A stretch of 64,000 nt of DNA from an uncultured Succinatimonas sp. Its GTDB lineage: Bacteria > Pseudomonadota > Gammaproteobacteria > Enterobacterales > Succinivibrionaceae. The notes beneath the pieces were generated by a model. It ran no database searches. It saw only the letters and a program-made list of their open reading frames with translations, and had not been told where the DNA came from. Each line of letters opens with the position of its first letter. The first letter of the stretch is position 1. The stretch lies in NCBI RefSeq assembly GCF_905203285.1, contig NZ_CAJKVK010000001.1:10802-74801 (forward strand). The letters are read 5' to 3'. The translations under genes and the position numbers were made by a program. Of this stretch, positions 17,871 through 27,746 are shown one piece after another.

Positions 17871-19715
17871 TTAATCAAAGTGTTGGGCATAACGGGCAAT
17901 GCGCGTAACAACTTCGCGCGCGGTTCCGGCATGACGAAGTGAATCGGCAAATCCCTGCTCGTTTAAAACCAATGATAAACGACCTAAAAGATTTAAATGG
18001 GTTTGTCCGTCATCAGGACTTGCGATTAAAAATATAAGATCGCATTTTTTACCGTCATAAGATCCTAAATCAAGAGGTTTTTCCAAAACGGCAATGGCAA
18101 TAGCCGGTCGTTTCACGCATTCGCCGCGGGCGTGCGGAATGGCTATACCTTCAGCAATGCCGCAAGGAGTAACTTTTAGCCTTTTATTAAGCTCGGATCT
18201 GAATTCTGAAATAGATGAGATAACACCACTGCGGGCAAGACAGGACACAAGCGGACTTAAAACCTCTTCTAATGTTTCTCCTTTAAGCTTTAGCAGTACG
18301 TTATTTTCATCGATTGCATAACGGATAAGTCTTTGCGTGTCATGAATCATTCCGTCTGAAGTTCTTAGTTTTTCAAGGGTGGAAAGCATGGATTTGAACA
18401 AAATGCCGTTTAGCTTGTAGTAACGGCTATAGATCCAAAGCGAAATTAAAATAAGCAGACAGACGATGACAAGAGCCAGACGGAAGCTGAACTCCTGATG
18501 AACGAATGTGATTTCACGGGGAATGTAAGCTGCCGCGGATATAGAAAGACCGGACATGAAAAGGGCAATGCCGGTGCCTAATTTTGCAGAGAATGTTTGC
18601 AGTGAAAAGATTAGGGCTTCAGAGCGGATGCCGTTTTTAAATTCACCGTAATCAACGCAGTCGGCAAGCATTGAAGTTGTTATTCCAATCATAAGAGCCA
18701 TACCGCAATTGGCAAGGCAGAAGCTTACGCACAGTACTATCGGGTTACCGGTCGTAAGTGACAGGAAAATCATGGAAATAAAACCGCATAACATCAAAAT
18801 GCCTGATATATAAAATGCGGCTTTGCGGGAAATAATGCCGATTATTTTGGGCAACAAAATATACGTTAAAAATTGAATTACGGCACCGCCTGACATAATG
18901 AGAGTGAAATGCTTGGCGGTAATTACATGCTCTTGGAGGAAATAGAAAATAAGTGAGCTGTTGACGATTCCGATGGCAATTTGCTGCAAAACCATAATAG
19001 AAACGGTAGCTAGCAGCTGATCGTTTTTGGTTATAAGTTCAAAGGCTTTACTTACTGAGAATTTAGCGTATTTAAATTTTTGTCGGCGCGTTTTGAGGGT
19101 AAAACACATTAAAAACTGAGTTATTACGAAAAATAATGCGCAGGCGGCGGCAAGCGTGAAAAATCCTTCTGATAAGTCATGCTCTGCGTTAAATGTAAGC
19201 TTGCCGATTAAAAATAACCCGAAAATAAGAATGAACTGTCCGCCGACAACCGTCATGGCACGGGGAATTGCGGTCATGATTAGGCGATCTTTGCCGACAG
19301 TACCGAAATTAGGAATTAATGACCAAAACGGTATATCCATCAGCGAATAAGCGATGATGGTAAGAAAATAAAAGCTAAGACCGTATAAAGTAAGATCGGA
19401 TCCTTGAAGATTCGGTTTATAAAACAGGCAAATAACCGACGCGGCGGTTAACAGACTGCCGATGATGATCCAAGGTTTGAATTTACTAAAACGCGCAGCG
19501 GTGTTATCTATCGCGTAGCCTAAAAAGGGATCGAGAAAAGCGTTGGCGATTTTGCCTATTAAGAAAATAAAACCGATAAATGCTGCGGATAATCCGTAAA
19601 AATCGGTAAAGTACAGCATCAGATAAGCGCCGATGAACCAATAAATGATGTCTTTGCTCATGGCGCCCAAACCGAAAGCGATCTTTTCGCTTAAAGTTAC
19701 ATGGGATTCTTTCAT
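17871..19715 (-). CDS. GPH-family (MelB-like) MFS cation symporter fused to a C-terminal PTS EIIA-2 (IIA-Fru/Ntr-type) domain
   Basis: N-terminus carries the GPH signature LDPFLGYAIDNTAARFSKFKPW. The C-terminal ~150 aa carry the EIIA-2 active-site motif GIAIPHAR. Confidence 0.8.
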   Translation of the reverse strand: MKESHVTLSEKIAFGLGAMSKDIIYWFIGAYLMLYFTDFYGLSAAFIGFIFLIGKIANAFLDPFLGYAIDNTAARFSKFKPWIIIGSLLTAASVICLFYKPNLQGSDLTLYGLSFYFLTIIAYSLMDIPFWSLIPNFGTVGKDRLIMTAIPRAMTVVGGQFILIFGLFLIGKLTFNAEHDLSEGFFTLAAACALFFVITQFLMCFTLKTRRQKFKYAKFSVSKAFELITKNDQLLATVSIMVLQQIAIGIVNSSLIFYFLQEHVITAKHFTLIMSGGAVIQFLTYILLPKIIGIISRKAAFYISGILMLCGFISMIFLSLTTGNPIVLCVSFCLANCGMALMIGITTSMLADCVDYGEFKNGIRSEALIFSLQTFSAKLGTGIALFMSGLSISAAAYIPREITFVHQEFSFRLALVIVCLLILISLWIYSRYYKLNGILFKSMLSTLEKLRTSDGMIHDTQRLIRYAIDENNVLLKLKGETLEEVLSPLVSCLARSGVISSISEFRSELNKRLKVTPCGIAEGIAIPHARGECVKRPAIAIAVLEKPLDLGSYDGKKCDLIFLIASPDDGQTHLNLLGRLSLVLNEQGFADSLRHAGTAREVVTRIARYAQHFD

Positions 19716-19800
19716 TACACCTTAAAAATGTTAAATTTATGAAAAAGCACATGATTTTACCGTAGATTCGGCGAAAACCTGCGCTTTTTCTGTTTTTTCA

Positions 19801-21630
19801 TCACTCAACTGTGACGGACTTCGCTAAATTGCGAGGTTGATCAACATCCGTACCGTTAATTAGTGCTACGTGATAAGCAAGCAGCTGCAGCGGTATGGTG
19901 TAAATCACGCTTTGCAAATATTGTCCTGATACTTTGAGCTTGATGACGCGGGTGGTGGCATCTTCTTTGATTGCGGTTTTGTCTGAGGTGAAGATGTATA
20001 AAATACCGCCGCGGGCCTTTACCTCTTCAATGTTGGATTTAAGTTTGCCGATAAGCTCGTTGTCAGGAGCCACAACCACAACCGGCATTGAAGCGTCGAT
20101 AAGAGCAATCGGTCCGTGCTTTAATTCACCTGCGGCATAGCCTTCGGCATGGATGTAGCTTATTTCTTTAAGCTTTAAGGCGCCTTCAAGAGCTATAGGA
20201 TACATTTCACCGCGGCCCAGGAAGAGGCAGTGATGTTTTCCTGCAAATTCTTCGGCAAGTTTTTCAACGGTAGCAGCTGTTTTAAGCGCACTGCTGATTT
20301 CATCGGGAAGCTTTTTAATCTCTTTAATTATTTCAACGGCCTGCTCTTTACTTAAAGTCCCTTTTACCCGTCCGATGCGGATTGCAAGGAGAATAAGAGC
20401 GATAAGCTGAGTGGTAAAAGCCTTGGTGGAGGCAACACCGATTTCAGCACCGGCTCTGGTTAAAAATACGTAATCCGATTCTCTTACAAGTGATGAGCCC
20501 GGAACGTTGCAGATGGCAAGTGAGCCTTTATATCCTGAATTCTTGGCTTTTCTTAAAGCGGCAAGAGTATCGGCGGTTTCGCCTGACTGGGATAAAGTTA
20601 CCAGAAGAGAATTTGGCAAAGTGATGCTGTTGCGGTAGCGATACTCTGAAGCGATTTCAACTTCCGTATGCACCTTGGCGAGATTTTCAAGGAAGAATCT
20701 GCCGACAAGTCCTGCGTGATATGAGGTACCGCAGGCGACTATCTGAATGTTGTCCACATCCTTAAAACTGTTTTCATCAGTGCCGAGGAAAGCTTCAAAG
20801 CTGACGTTATCTTCTTCGATACGGCGTTCGAAAGTATAGGCAACTGCTCGCGGCTGCTCAAAAATTTCTTTTTGCATGAAGTGGCGGTACGGGCCTTTTG
20901 ATACCGAGTAGACGTCAAGCTCGCTTTCTTTGACGGTTTTTTCGATAGGCTTTAAGTCCTTGTCGTAAATCTTAAGCTCTTTGCGCTTTAAAACTGCGAT
21001 TTCATCATCATCAAGATAGATAAAGCGCTGTGTCACGGGCAGCAGCGCCAACACGTCGGAGGCGACGAAGTTTTCTCCGAAGCCTAATCCGATAACGATA
21101 GGAGAGCCTTTACGAGCGGTGTATAAAGTATCAGGCTCGTGTTTGTTGATAAGCGCGATGCCGTAGGTGCCTTCGACGTCGTTTAAAGCAAGGCGCAATG
21201 CCTTTTTGGTGTCGGACTCGGTTTGGGCGTAATAAGAAATTAAATGAGCCAAGACCTCGGTATCGGTTTGAGAGTGAAATTCAAAACCTTCTTTTTCAAG
21301 TTTGGCTTTAATCTCTTTGAAGTTTTCAATAATGCCGTTATGCACCAGGGCAAAATCACCGCTTATATGCGGATGGGCGTTTTCAACCGAAGGACGGCCG
21401 TGGGTTGCCCATCTGGTGTGAGCGATGCCTAAAGAGCCAGAAAAAGACTCTTTGCTTACGGCTTCTTTTAATGACGAGACTTTGCCGGTGACGCGTACGC
21501 GCTTGAAGTCATTGTCATGAATGACGCACAGACCTGCCGAGTCATATCCGCGGTATTCAAGGCGGGATAAACCTTCAAGTAAAATGTCTACGATATCTCT
21601 TTGAGCAATGGCTGCAACAATTCCGCACAT
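19801..21630 (-). CDS. glmS: glutamine--fructose-6-phosphate aminotransferase
   Basis: MCGIVAA N-terminal nucleophile, two SIS domains, 609 aa. Confidence 0.95.
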   Translation of the reverse strand: MCGIVAAIAQRDIVDILLEGLSRLEYRGYDSAGLCVIHDNDFKRVRVTGKVSSLKEAVSKESFSGSLGIAHTRWATHGRPSVENAHPHISGDFALVHNGIIENFKEIKAKLEKEGFEFHSQTDTEVLAHLISYYAQTESDTKKALRLALNDVEGTYGIALINKHEPDTLYTARKGSPIVIGLGFGENFVASDVLALLPVTQRFIYLDDDEIAVLKRKELKIYDKDLKPIEKTVKESELDVYSVSKGPYRHFMQKEIFEQPRAVAYTFERRIEEDNVSFEAFLGTDENSFKDVDNIQIVACGTSYHAGLVGRFFLENLAKVHTEVEIASEYRYRNSITLPNSLLVTLSQSGETADTLAALRKAKNSGYKGSLAICNVPGSSLVRESDYVFLTRAGAEIGVASTKAFTTQLIALILLAIRIGRVKGTLSKEQAVEIIKEIKKLPDEISSALKTAATVEKLAEEFAGKHHCLFLGRGEMYPIALEGALKLKEISYIHAEGYAAGELKHGPIALIDASMPVVVVAPDNELIGKLKSNIEEVKARGGILYIFTSDKTAIKEDATTRVIKLKVSGQYLQSVIYTIPLQLLAYHVALINGTDVDQPRNLAKSVTVE

Positions 21631-21648
21631 GGTTTTTATCCTTTTTCG

Positions 21649-23034
21649 TTATTTCTTGTTTTTGACAGGGCGCTGGTAATTTTTAAAGTAAATAGGTCTT
21701 ACGCGCGTAATGACCAAAGCTTTTTCGGGAACTTCCTTGGTTACGGTGGTACCGGCGCCGATTGTGGCGCCTTTGCGCACGGTAACAGGGGCTACAAGCT
21801 GAGTGTCGGATCCGACGAACACCTCATCTTCAATCGTGGTTCGGTGCTTGTTGGCGCCGTCGTAATTGCAGGTGATGGTTCCGGCGCCGATATTAACATC
21901 AGTTCCGATGTCACTGTCACCTAAATAGCTTAAATGACCTGCTTTGGTTCCAAAGCCTATATGAGAATTTTTTACCTCAACGAAGTTGCCGACATGAACT
22001 TCATCCTCAAGTACGTTGCCAGGGCGCAGTCTTGCAAAAGGTCCTATGGTGGTATGGCGCATGAGCTTAGATTTTTCCATGACGGTGTAAGGGGAAATGA
22101 TGCTGTCATCGCCTATTGAAACATCTTTTAGCACGCATCCGGCACCTATGATAACGTTATTGCCTAAAATTACGTTGCCTTCAATAATGACGTTTACATC
22201 AATAAAGACATCTTTACCGTGAGTTAAAGTGCCGCGCAGATCAAAGCGCTTGGGGTCGGCAAGAGTTACGCCTTCCTCAAGTAAGGTTTTTGCTGCTCTT
22301 TCCTGATAGAGCCTTTCGATAAAGCTAAGCTGAACTTTGTTGTTGACGCCGCATAATACCGAAAACTCCGGTGCCTTTACCGGATTTACTTCTTTTCCGT
22401 CAGCGCGAAGAAGGGCGACTAAATCGGTAAGGTAATACTCGCCTTGGGCATTTTCATTATTAAGCTTGGGCAAATATTCATTAAATACGCAGGCAGGTGC
22501 TGCCATCATGCCGGTATTTACTTCATTTATAAGTTTTTCTTGAGCATTCGCGTCTTTTTCTTCGACGATTTTTTCAATCAGGCCGTCGTTATTTCTTACG
22601 ATGCGTCCGTAGCCGAAAGGATTATCGGCAATGGCGGTAAGAAGACACATTCCGTCTTTGGGGCAGGCCTTAAGCAAAGCTTTAAGATCGTCTGTTGGTG
22701 TAAGTGGAGTATCTCCGTAAAGGACGACGACGTTTGAATCTTTTTGTACGCAGGGCATGGCGGTATTGACTGCATGTCCCGTACCTAATTGTTCTTTTTG
22801 CTCGACGATATTTATTTTTGAGAAAATCTCTTGCGGTAAAGAGGTTAGAGACTGTCTTACGATTTCTCCGCCGTGTCCTACTACGACATGGATTTTAAGA
22901 GGGTCTAAAGTTAAAGAGGTGTCGATAACATGCCTAAGCATGCTTTTGCCTGCAACTTTATGTAAAACTTTAGGCAAGTCAGAATGCATGCGCTTGCCTT
23001 TGCCTGCTGAAAGAATAACGATTTCAAGGGACAT
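21649..23034 (-). CDS. glmU: bifunctional UDP-GlcNAc pyrophosphorylase / GlcN-1-P acetyltransferase
   Basis: N-terminal LSAGKGKRM nucleotidyltransferase motif, C-terminal left-handed beta-helix hexapeptide repeats, 461 aa. Immediately upstream of glmS. Confidence 0.93.
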   Translation of the reverse strand: MSLEIVILSAGKGKRMHSDLPKVLHKVAGKSMLRHVIDTSLTLDPLKIHVVVGHGGEIVRQSLTSLPQEIFSKINIVEQKEQLGTGHAVNTAMPCVQKDSNVVVLYGDTPLTPTDDLKALLKACPKDGMCLLTAIADNPFGYGRIVRNNDGLIEKIVEEKDANAQEKLINEVNTGMMAAPACVFNEYLPKLNNENAQGEYYLTDLVALLRADGKEVNPVKAPEFSVLCGVNNKVQLSFIERLYQERAAKTLLEEGVTLADPKRFDLRGTLTHGKDVFIDVNVIIEGNVILGNNVIIGAGCVLKDVSIGDDSIISPYTVMEKSKLMRHTTIGPFARLRPGNVLEDEVHVGNFVEVKNSHIGFGTKAGHLSYLGDSDIGTDVNIGAGTITCNYDGANKHRTTIEDEVFVGSDTQLVAPVTVRKGATIGAGTTVTKEVPEKALVITRVRPIYFKNYQRPVKNKK

Positions 23035-23046
23035 GTTGCTACCTTC

Positions 23047-23823
23047 TTAATTTAGACGCTTGTGTCGTGAATAGATAATAAGGATTATTCCTAAAATAAT
23101 AAACGGAATGCTTAAAATCTGCCCGACATTTAGGGCAATTCCGGTGGTGTAATCAGCCTGTTCGACTTTAAACGGCTCAATAATAAAGCGGGCTGAGAAA
23201 ATTAATATGAATAAAAGTCCGAGGATAAAGCCGGGACCGCGTTTTTTAACGTAAAAGTAGGCAAGAGTCAAAATTATAAAAATTATAAAATAGGCAAAGG
23301 CTTCAAAAAGCTGCGCAGGATAACGCGGCATGGTGTCGCCGATGCGGGCAAACACAATGCCCAAAGGACTGTCGGTGTACTTGCCTAAAATTTCCGAGTT
23401 CATGAAATTGCCAAGACGGATGAAGGTGCTGACAAGAGCTACGGGAATGCACAGCATGTCGGCAATAACTAAAAAACGGTAATGGCAGCGCTTTGCAAAA
23501 ATGTAAATGGCTAAAAGTACGCCTATAGTCCCGCCGTGGCTTGCAAGACCCCCATGCCAGATTTTTAAGATCTCAAGAGGATGCGATAAATAAAACTGCG
23601 GCTCGTAAATAAGACAGTGGCCTAAACGCGCACCGACGATCGTACCGATGAATAGAAAGGTTAAAAGCTTATCTAAATCTTCAGTTTTATAACCGGCTTT
23701 TCTGAACAGAAACTGCATAATGAAATAGCCGATAATAAAGCCTAAAGCAAAAAATAATCCGTAGTAACGGATTACGACGGGCCCTATGGAAAAAGCAATC
23801 GGATCGCCGTTCCAGACTAACAT
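23047..23823 (-). CDS. lgt: prolipoprotein diacylglyceryl transferase
   Basis: 258-aa membrane protein. Lgt signature region (IGPVVIRYYGLFFALGF, HGGL). Confidence 0.85.
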   Translation of the reverse strand: MLVWNGDPIAFSIGPVVIRYYGLFFALGFIIGYFIMQFLFRKAGYKTEDLDKLLTFLFIGTIVGARLGHCLIYEPQFYLSHPLEILKIWHGGLASHGGTIGVLLAIYIFAKRCHYRFLVIADMLCIPVALVSTFIRLGNFMNSEILGKYTDSPLGIVFARIGDTMPRYPAQLFEAFAYFIIFIILTLAYFYVKKRGPGFILGLLFILIFSARFIIEPFKVEQADYTTGIALNVGQILSIPFIILGIILIIYSRHKRLN

Positions 23824-23886
23824 GGATTTATCCTAATTAACTGTTTTAAATGCTATACTTATAAAAGAGATCATAGCAAAAAAAGC

Positions 23887-24309
23887 ATGTTTTTTATGAT
23901 ATTAGCAGCTGAAAGATTCTTTTTATATTCAGGCGCCTGCCTTTTTGTTTTAGGCATTATCACCTGCTTTATTCCACGTCATATGCGCCTTGGCATCGTC
24001 AGTATGTTGATCGGTGATGCGCTCTTTGCCGCAGGAATCGCCTTTTTGGTAAAAAGCACCGATATCCTTATAAGTCTCGGTCTTGAGACCGATTTGTTTA
24101 TTAAGCATAACCTGATTTTCGCTATAGTTTTCTCGATTGTTTTGTATGCTTTGATGCTTGCCGTTTTCGTAAAGTTCTTTAAGCGTAAAAAGAAAGCCGT
24201 CGCCGAAAAAGAAACGGTCGCCGATGAGGGACAGGGAGCTTCTTCAAAGAAAGAGGCTGCGGCAGATGCTGCTCTTTTTGCTAATGTCGGTAAAGAAAAT
24301 AAGGAATAG
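23887..24309 (+). CDS. small membrane protein of unknown function with a charged Lys/Glu/Ala-rich C-terminal tail
   Basis: 140-aa ORF with 3-4 predicted TM helices. No recognisable family. Confidence 0.4.
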   Translation: MFFMILAAERFFLYSGACLFVLGIITCFIPRHMRLGIVSMLIGDALFAAGIAFLVKSTDILISLGLETDLFIKHNLIFAIVFSIVLYALMLAVFVKFFKRKKKAVAEKETVADEGQGASSKKEAAADAALFANVGKENKE

Positions 24310-24316
24310 ACATTAA

Positions 24317-25018
24317 GTGAAAGTTGTCATTTCTAATTTAGACAGTCTTCTTGTGTCTGTTGCTTCCCTACCGCAAAGCGATCATGAAATAGCTCGCGAT
24401 TTTCAACCTAAAAAGAAAAAGACATTCTTAGCAAGCCGGGTGTTGCTGCGCCTTGCGTTAAAATCGTTTTATGCTTTAAATGATATTCCTTCTTTGTCTT
24501 TTGGATCTCACGGTAAGCCGTATTTTGATCCGTCGCTTTCCTTATTTTTTAATTTTTCGCACTCGGGAAATTATATCGGAGTTGCTTTTAGTAACATTGA
24601 GATGGGATTTGACATTGAGTGCGTCAAAGAACGAAAAAACTTTCATGGTTTGTGTAAAAAGGTATTAACCGATCCTGAGAAAAACTGTATTTTCAAACTC
24701 TCTGAAAAGGAGCAAAGAGAGTTTTTTACTTTATTGTGGACAGTTCGTGAGTCTTTATTAAAAGACTCAGGCCTTGGCCTTGTTGGTTTATCCAAACTGC
24801 ATATCGATCCTGAACATAATTGCGGAATGGCATCTGATAATCCCACATTGCGTGTTCATTCTTATAACATTGCTTCACTTTTTCCTAAATCCTCAGAAAG
24901 AGCTTATTTTTCGTTAACTGATAGAAAATCTGACAAGGTAGAGTTTTTTACGGTTGAGGGCAATGCTTTAAAAGAGCTTAATAACCCACAGTCAGAGAGA
25001 GTAATTAAGATTAACTAA
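24317..25018 (+). CDS. 4'-phosphopantetheinyl transferase (Sfp/EntD/AcpT type)
   Basis: PPTase motifs FNFSHSG, GFDIE and WTVRESLLK (the W-x-x-K-E-A-x-x-K variant). GTG start. No adjacent carrier-protein, NRPS or PKS genes. Confidence 0.7.
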   Translation: MKVVISNLDSLLVSVASLPQSDHEIARDFQPKKKKTFLASRVLLRLALKSFYALNDIPSLSFGSHGKPYFDPSLSLFFNFSHSGNYIGVAFSNIEMGFDIECVKERKNFHGLCKKVLTDPEKNCIFKLSEKEQREFFTLLWTVRESLLKDSGLGLVGLSKLHIDPEHNCGMASDNPTLRVHSYNIASLFPKSSERAYFSLTDRKSDKVEFFTVEGNALKELNNPQSERVIKIN

Positions 25019-25255
25019 AAACACTCTTTTGAAATTTTTAATAACTTTTACACTAAAGGACAACTATTCTCTCTTGTCTAGCGTAAAACATCATTCATAC
25101 GCTGCCGAAAAAGAATTTTGATCCAGACCTGTGTTTGTAAGCACAAATTTTTATTCTTTAGCGCGAAGTTTAAAAATGGCATTGCATCAAAGAAAGTAAG
25201 CATATGCTCTATTTATTTGTTTTACTGTTTTTTTGTAATTTTCATATCCATGTCC

Positions 25256-26710
25256 TTAAGCATATGAAAAATTAGCCTCAATCGTAGTCTTTATCGGGGC
25301 TTTAGCCAAAAATTCAATCACAGCTTCAAAGCTTTTAAATTCTTCTTTCCGCGTGTTTGAAGTTTGTGATTTTCGATATTGATTGGCAATAGTTCGGATC
25401 ATCTTAAAATTCTGCTTAAGCGCACGGATGTTGAGTTTAAATAAATTTACGCAATATTCGTCCCACCACGGGTCACAATTGACGAATACCTTGTACATGG
25501 AGATGTAATACCTGTGTTTTTCATCAAGATAAAGGTAAATCAGGTATTTTATGATTGCCGCAATAAGACTTGCCTGAGCAACGGTATAGACAATGGTGAG
25601 ATAGGAAGTATTGACGCCTCTTAAATTAACTCTGCTTTTAAGGCATTTAAACAGGAGCTCTATCGACCAACGCAGCTTTTGGATTAATACTGCATATTGT
25701 GCCGGAAAGCATTGCCGCGGAATATCGGTGATTAGATAAGATACGGTACCTTTGTTGTTGCTCCATACCCTCAGAACTCTTACTTGTAAGCCGTTATTTA
25801 AGATTACGTCCATATCAAGAATGTCATGCGGACGATAGGCCCTTAGCAGCGGCTCTTTTAAATCCTTGTCAATAAAATTAGTTAAGCTTTTTCCTTTAAG
25901 GAAGCAGGCGGTAATTTTCCCCGTCATATTACATTTACCGAGCAGCATAAAATAAGAGCCGGCTTTATGAATAAGTTCAAGTAAAGCATAGCTGACATAG
26001 CCGGCATCCATGATTTTAAGTACCGGATGTTGTTTGTCTGCGTTTACGACCTCTCTTTCATCGGCGGTGCCGGAAGTAAAAGTTACGGCTTTAAACATAC
26101 CCGTGACTAAAGAAAATACCGTCTGCATACCGATTTGAGCGTTCTTAGGCTCCTTGCTTACGGCATTACCTTGCTCGTCATAGCTGTCAGGCAGTTCATC
26201 GCCTTTAGCGGCGGTACGGCAGCCGGGAAAAATATCTTCAAGCTTATCGTTTACATGCCAATATGAGCCGTCAACCGCTTCGATATCTTCAACGGCAAGA
26301 CCGTGCTCTCTTAAAATATTTAATAAAAGTCTCCCGTGCTTGGGTTGGGCAAATTTAGCACTGAGAAAATCCGTATAGCGCTTAAGCAACATACCCATCA
26401 ATTGTGTAACCTCCGGCTTTTTGATTTTATTGTGAAACGGTTTGCTCTCCATACTCTGCCCTGACAGAGCGGCATAACGGGCACCGATTGAAGCTATGGT
26501 GAATTTAGCGCCTGAGCCTGTCTGCACAATGATTGACGTTACAAAACTGACGGGATTAAAACGGCATTTTCTCCGGTTAAGACCGACTTTTCTTGCCATA
26601 CGTCCGATGAAAGATGCCGAAACGGTAGAGGAAAAATACTCTTTTAAAGAACGTTCGTTAATTTGGGACTTGCAGTTACGGTCTTTTAGGATAGATAATA
26701 AACGCGGCAT
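25256..26710 (-). mobile_element. IS4-superfamily DDE transposase gene (484 aa). The IS ends are not resolved
   Basis: C-terminal motif RWSIELLFKCLK, with IS4-type R-x3-E-x6-K spacing. DDE-like acidic residues are present. Confidence 0.75.
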
Positions 26711-26968
26711 AGGAACTCCTGAATTTGATTTTTCACAACTTAATTTTAGAGATTTCTATGCCTTCTTTTTGATCCTTCCTTAACAAGTTTCACTTTTAAA
26801 ACCAACAGGATATTTAACTGTTTAACGATGTTTTCTTGATCCTTAAGATCATTGCTATGATTGATTTTTGTAAATTTGTATCATTTGTGTTGCTATTGTA
26901 TATATATTTGCAATTTTTATTGTAATATGTGGGTATATCTTCCATTCGTTTAACAAAGGAGCAAAAAC

Positions 26969-27232
26969 ATGGAAACAGCATCTATAAATTTTCGTGTTGA
27001 TAAGGAATTAAAGAAAAATTTTGATGAACTTGCTCAACAATTGGGGATGAACGCATCTACAGCTTTAAATGTGTTTATGCGTCAATTTGTTTCCTATGGA
27101 GGATTTCCATTCCCTGTTACTACGATGTCGGACAAAGAAAGGAAGGAGCGGGCCTTTGCCGAAAAAATGGATCAAATGTTTCTTTCTATGAAAGAAGGAC
27201 ATGCCGAAATTCATGATTTAAAAGAGATTTAG
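26969..27232 (+). CDS. RelB/DinJ-family type II antitoxin (second copy)
   Basis: 87 aa. FRVDKELKKNFDELAQQLGMNASTALNVFMRQFV...FPFP parallels DinJ and the antitoxin at 16533-16799. Confidence 0.8.
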   Translation: METASINFRVDKELKKNFDELAQQLGMNASTALNVFMRQFVSYGGFPFPVTTMSDKERKERAFAEKMDQMFLSMKEGHAEIHDLKEI

Positions 27233-27235
27233 TCT

Positions 27236-27499
27236 ATGATGAAAATATGGAGTCCTAAAGCATGGAAAGACTATGAAAATTGGATTGATACTGATATAAA
27301 AACCGTAAAGAGGATTAATAAACTTTTAAAAGATATTGAACGCTGTGCTCCTGGTAGTCCAACTGTAGGAAAAGCAGAAAAACTTAAATATTCCAATCAA
27401 GGATTATTAAGTATCAGAATTGACAAAAAGAATCGCCTAATTTATCGAATCGAGCAAGAAGGTTTATATATTATTTCTTGTTGTGGGCATTATGATTAA
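27236..27499 (+). CDS. YoeB/Txe-family type II toxin (second copy)
   Basis: 87 aa. KAWKDYENWIDTD...RIDKKNRLIYRI...GHYD has YoeB-like architecture. Starts 4 nt after the antitoxin stop. Confidence 0.75.
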   Translation: MMKIWSPKAWKDYENWIDTDIKTVKRINKLLKDIERCAPGSPTVGKAEKLKYSNQGLLSIRIDKKNRLIYRIEQEGLYIISCCGHYD

Positions 27500-27609
27500 T
27501 GTGTTCTTTATAAAAAAGAGATTCGGTATTTGGTTTTTATAAAAAGGAGCCGGTGGTTAAGGCCTTTACACTGTCTCGGGAGACTCCAGATGCGGTTTCT
27601 AAAATAATT

Positions 27610-27657
27610 AAGCGTCAGACAGCAGTAAAATACCACGCTGACGCTTATGTTTTTTTA
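27610..27657. terminator. bidirectional rho-independent terminator between the yoeB-like gene (+) and dnaE (-)
   Basis: 9-bp stem AAGCGTCAG/CTGACGCTT with a 19-nt loop, a T7 run on the plus strand and a T-rich tract on the minus strand. Confidence 0.65.
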
Positions 27658-27746
27658 GACCGCCAATTTCTCTATGTTTCATGAAATTTTGCTTCAGCGG
27701 CTTTATTTACATTTATAGTAAATTTTTTTGATACCCCGCCCAAAAA

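Noticed and set aside
26496-26783. 95-aa plus-strand ORF overlapping the 5' end of the transposase gene
   Set aside because: Antisense overlap with the transposase N-terminus and no recognisable features. Likely spurious.
25019-26968. Search for terminal inverted repeats or target-site duplication of the IS4-like element
   Set aside because: Only short shared words were visible by eye (TCCTTAAG, ACTGTTT), in direct not inverted orientation. Boundaries cannot be called without computation, so no IR feature is reported.
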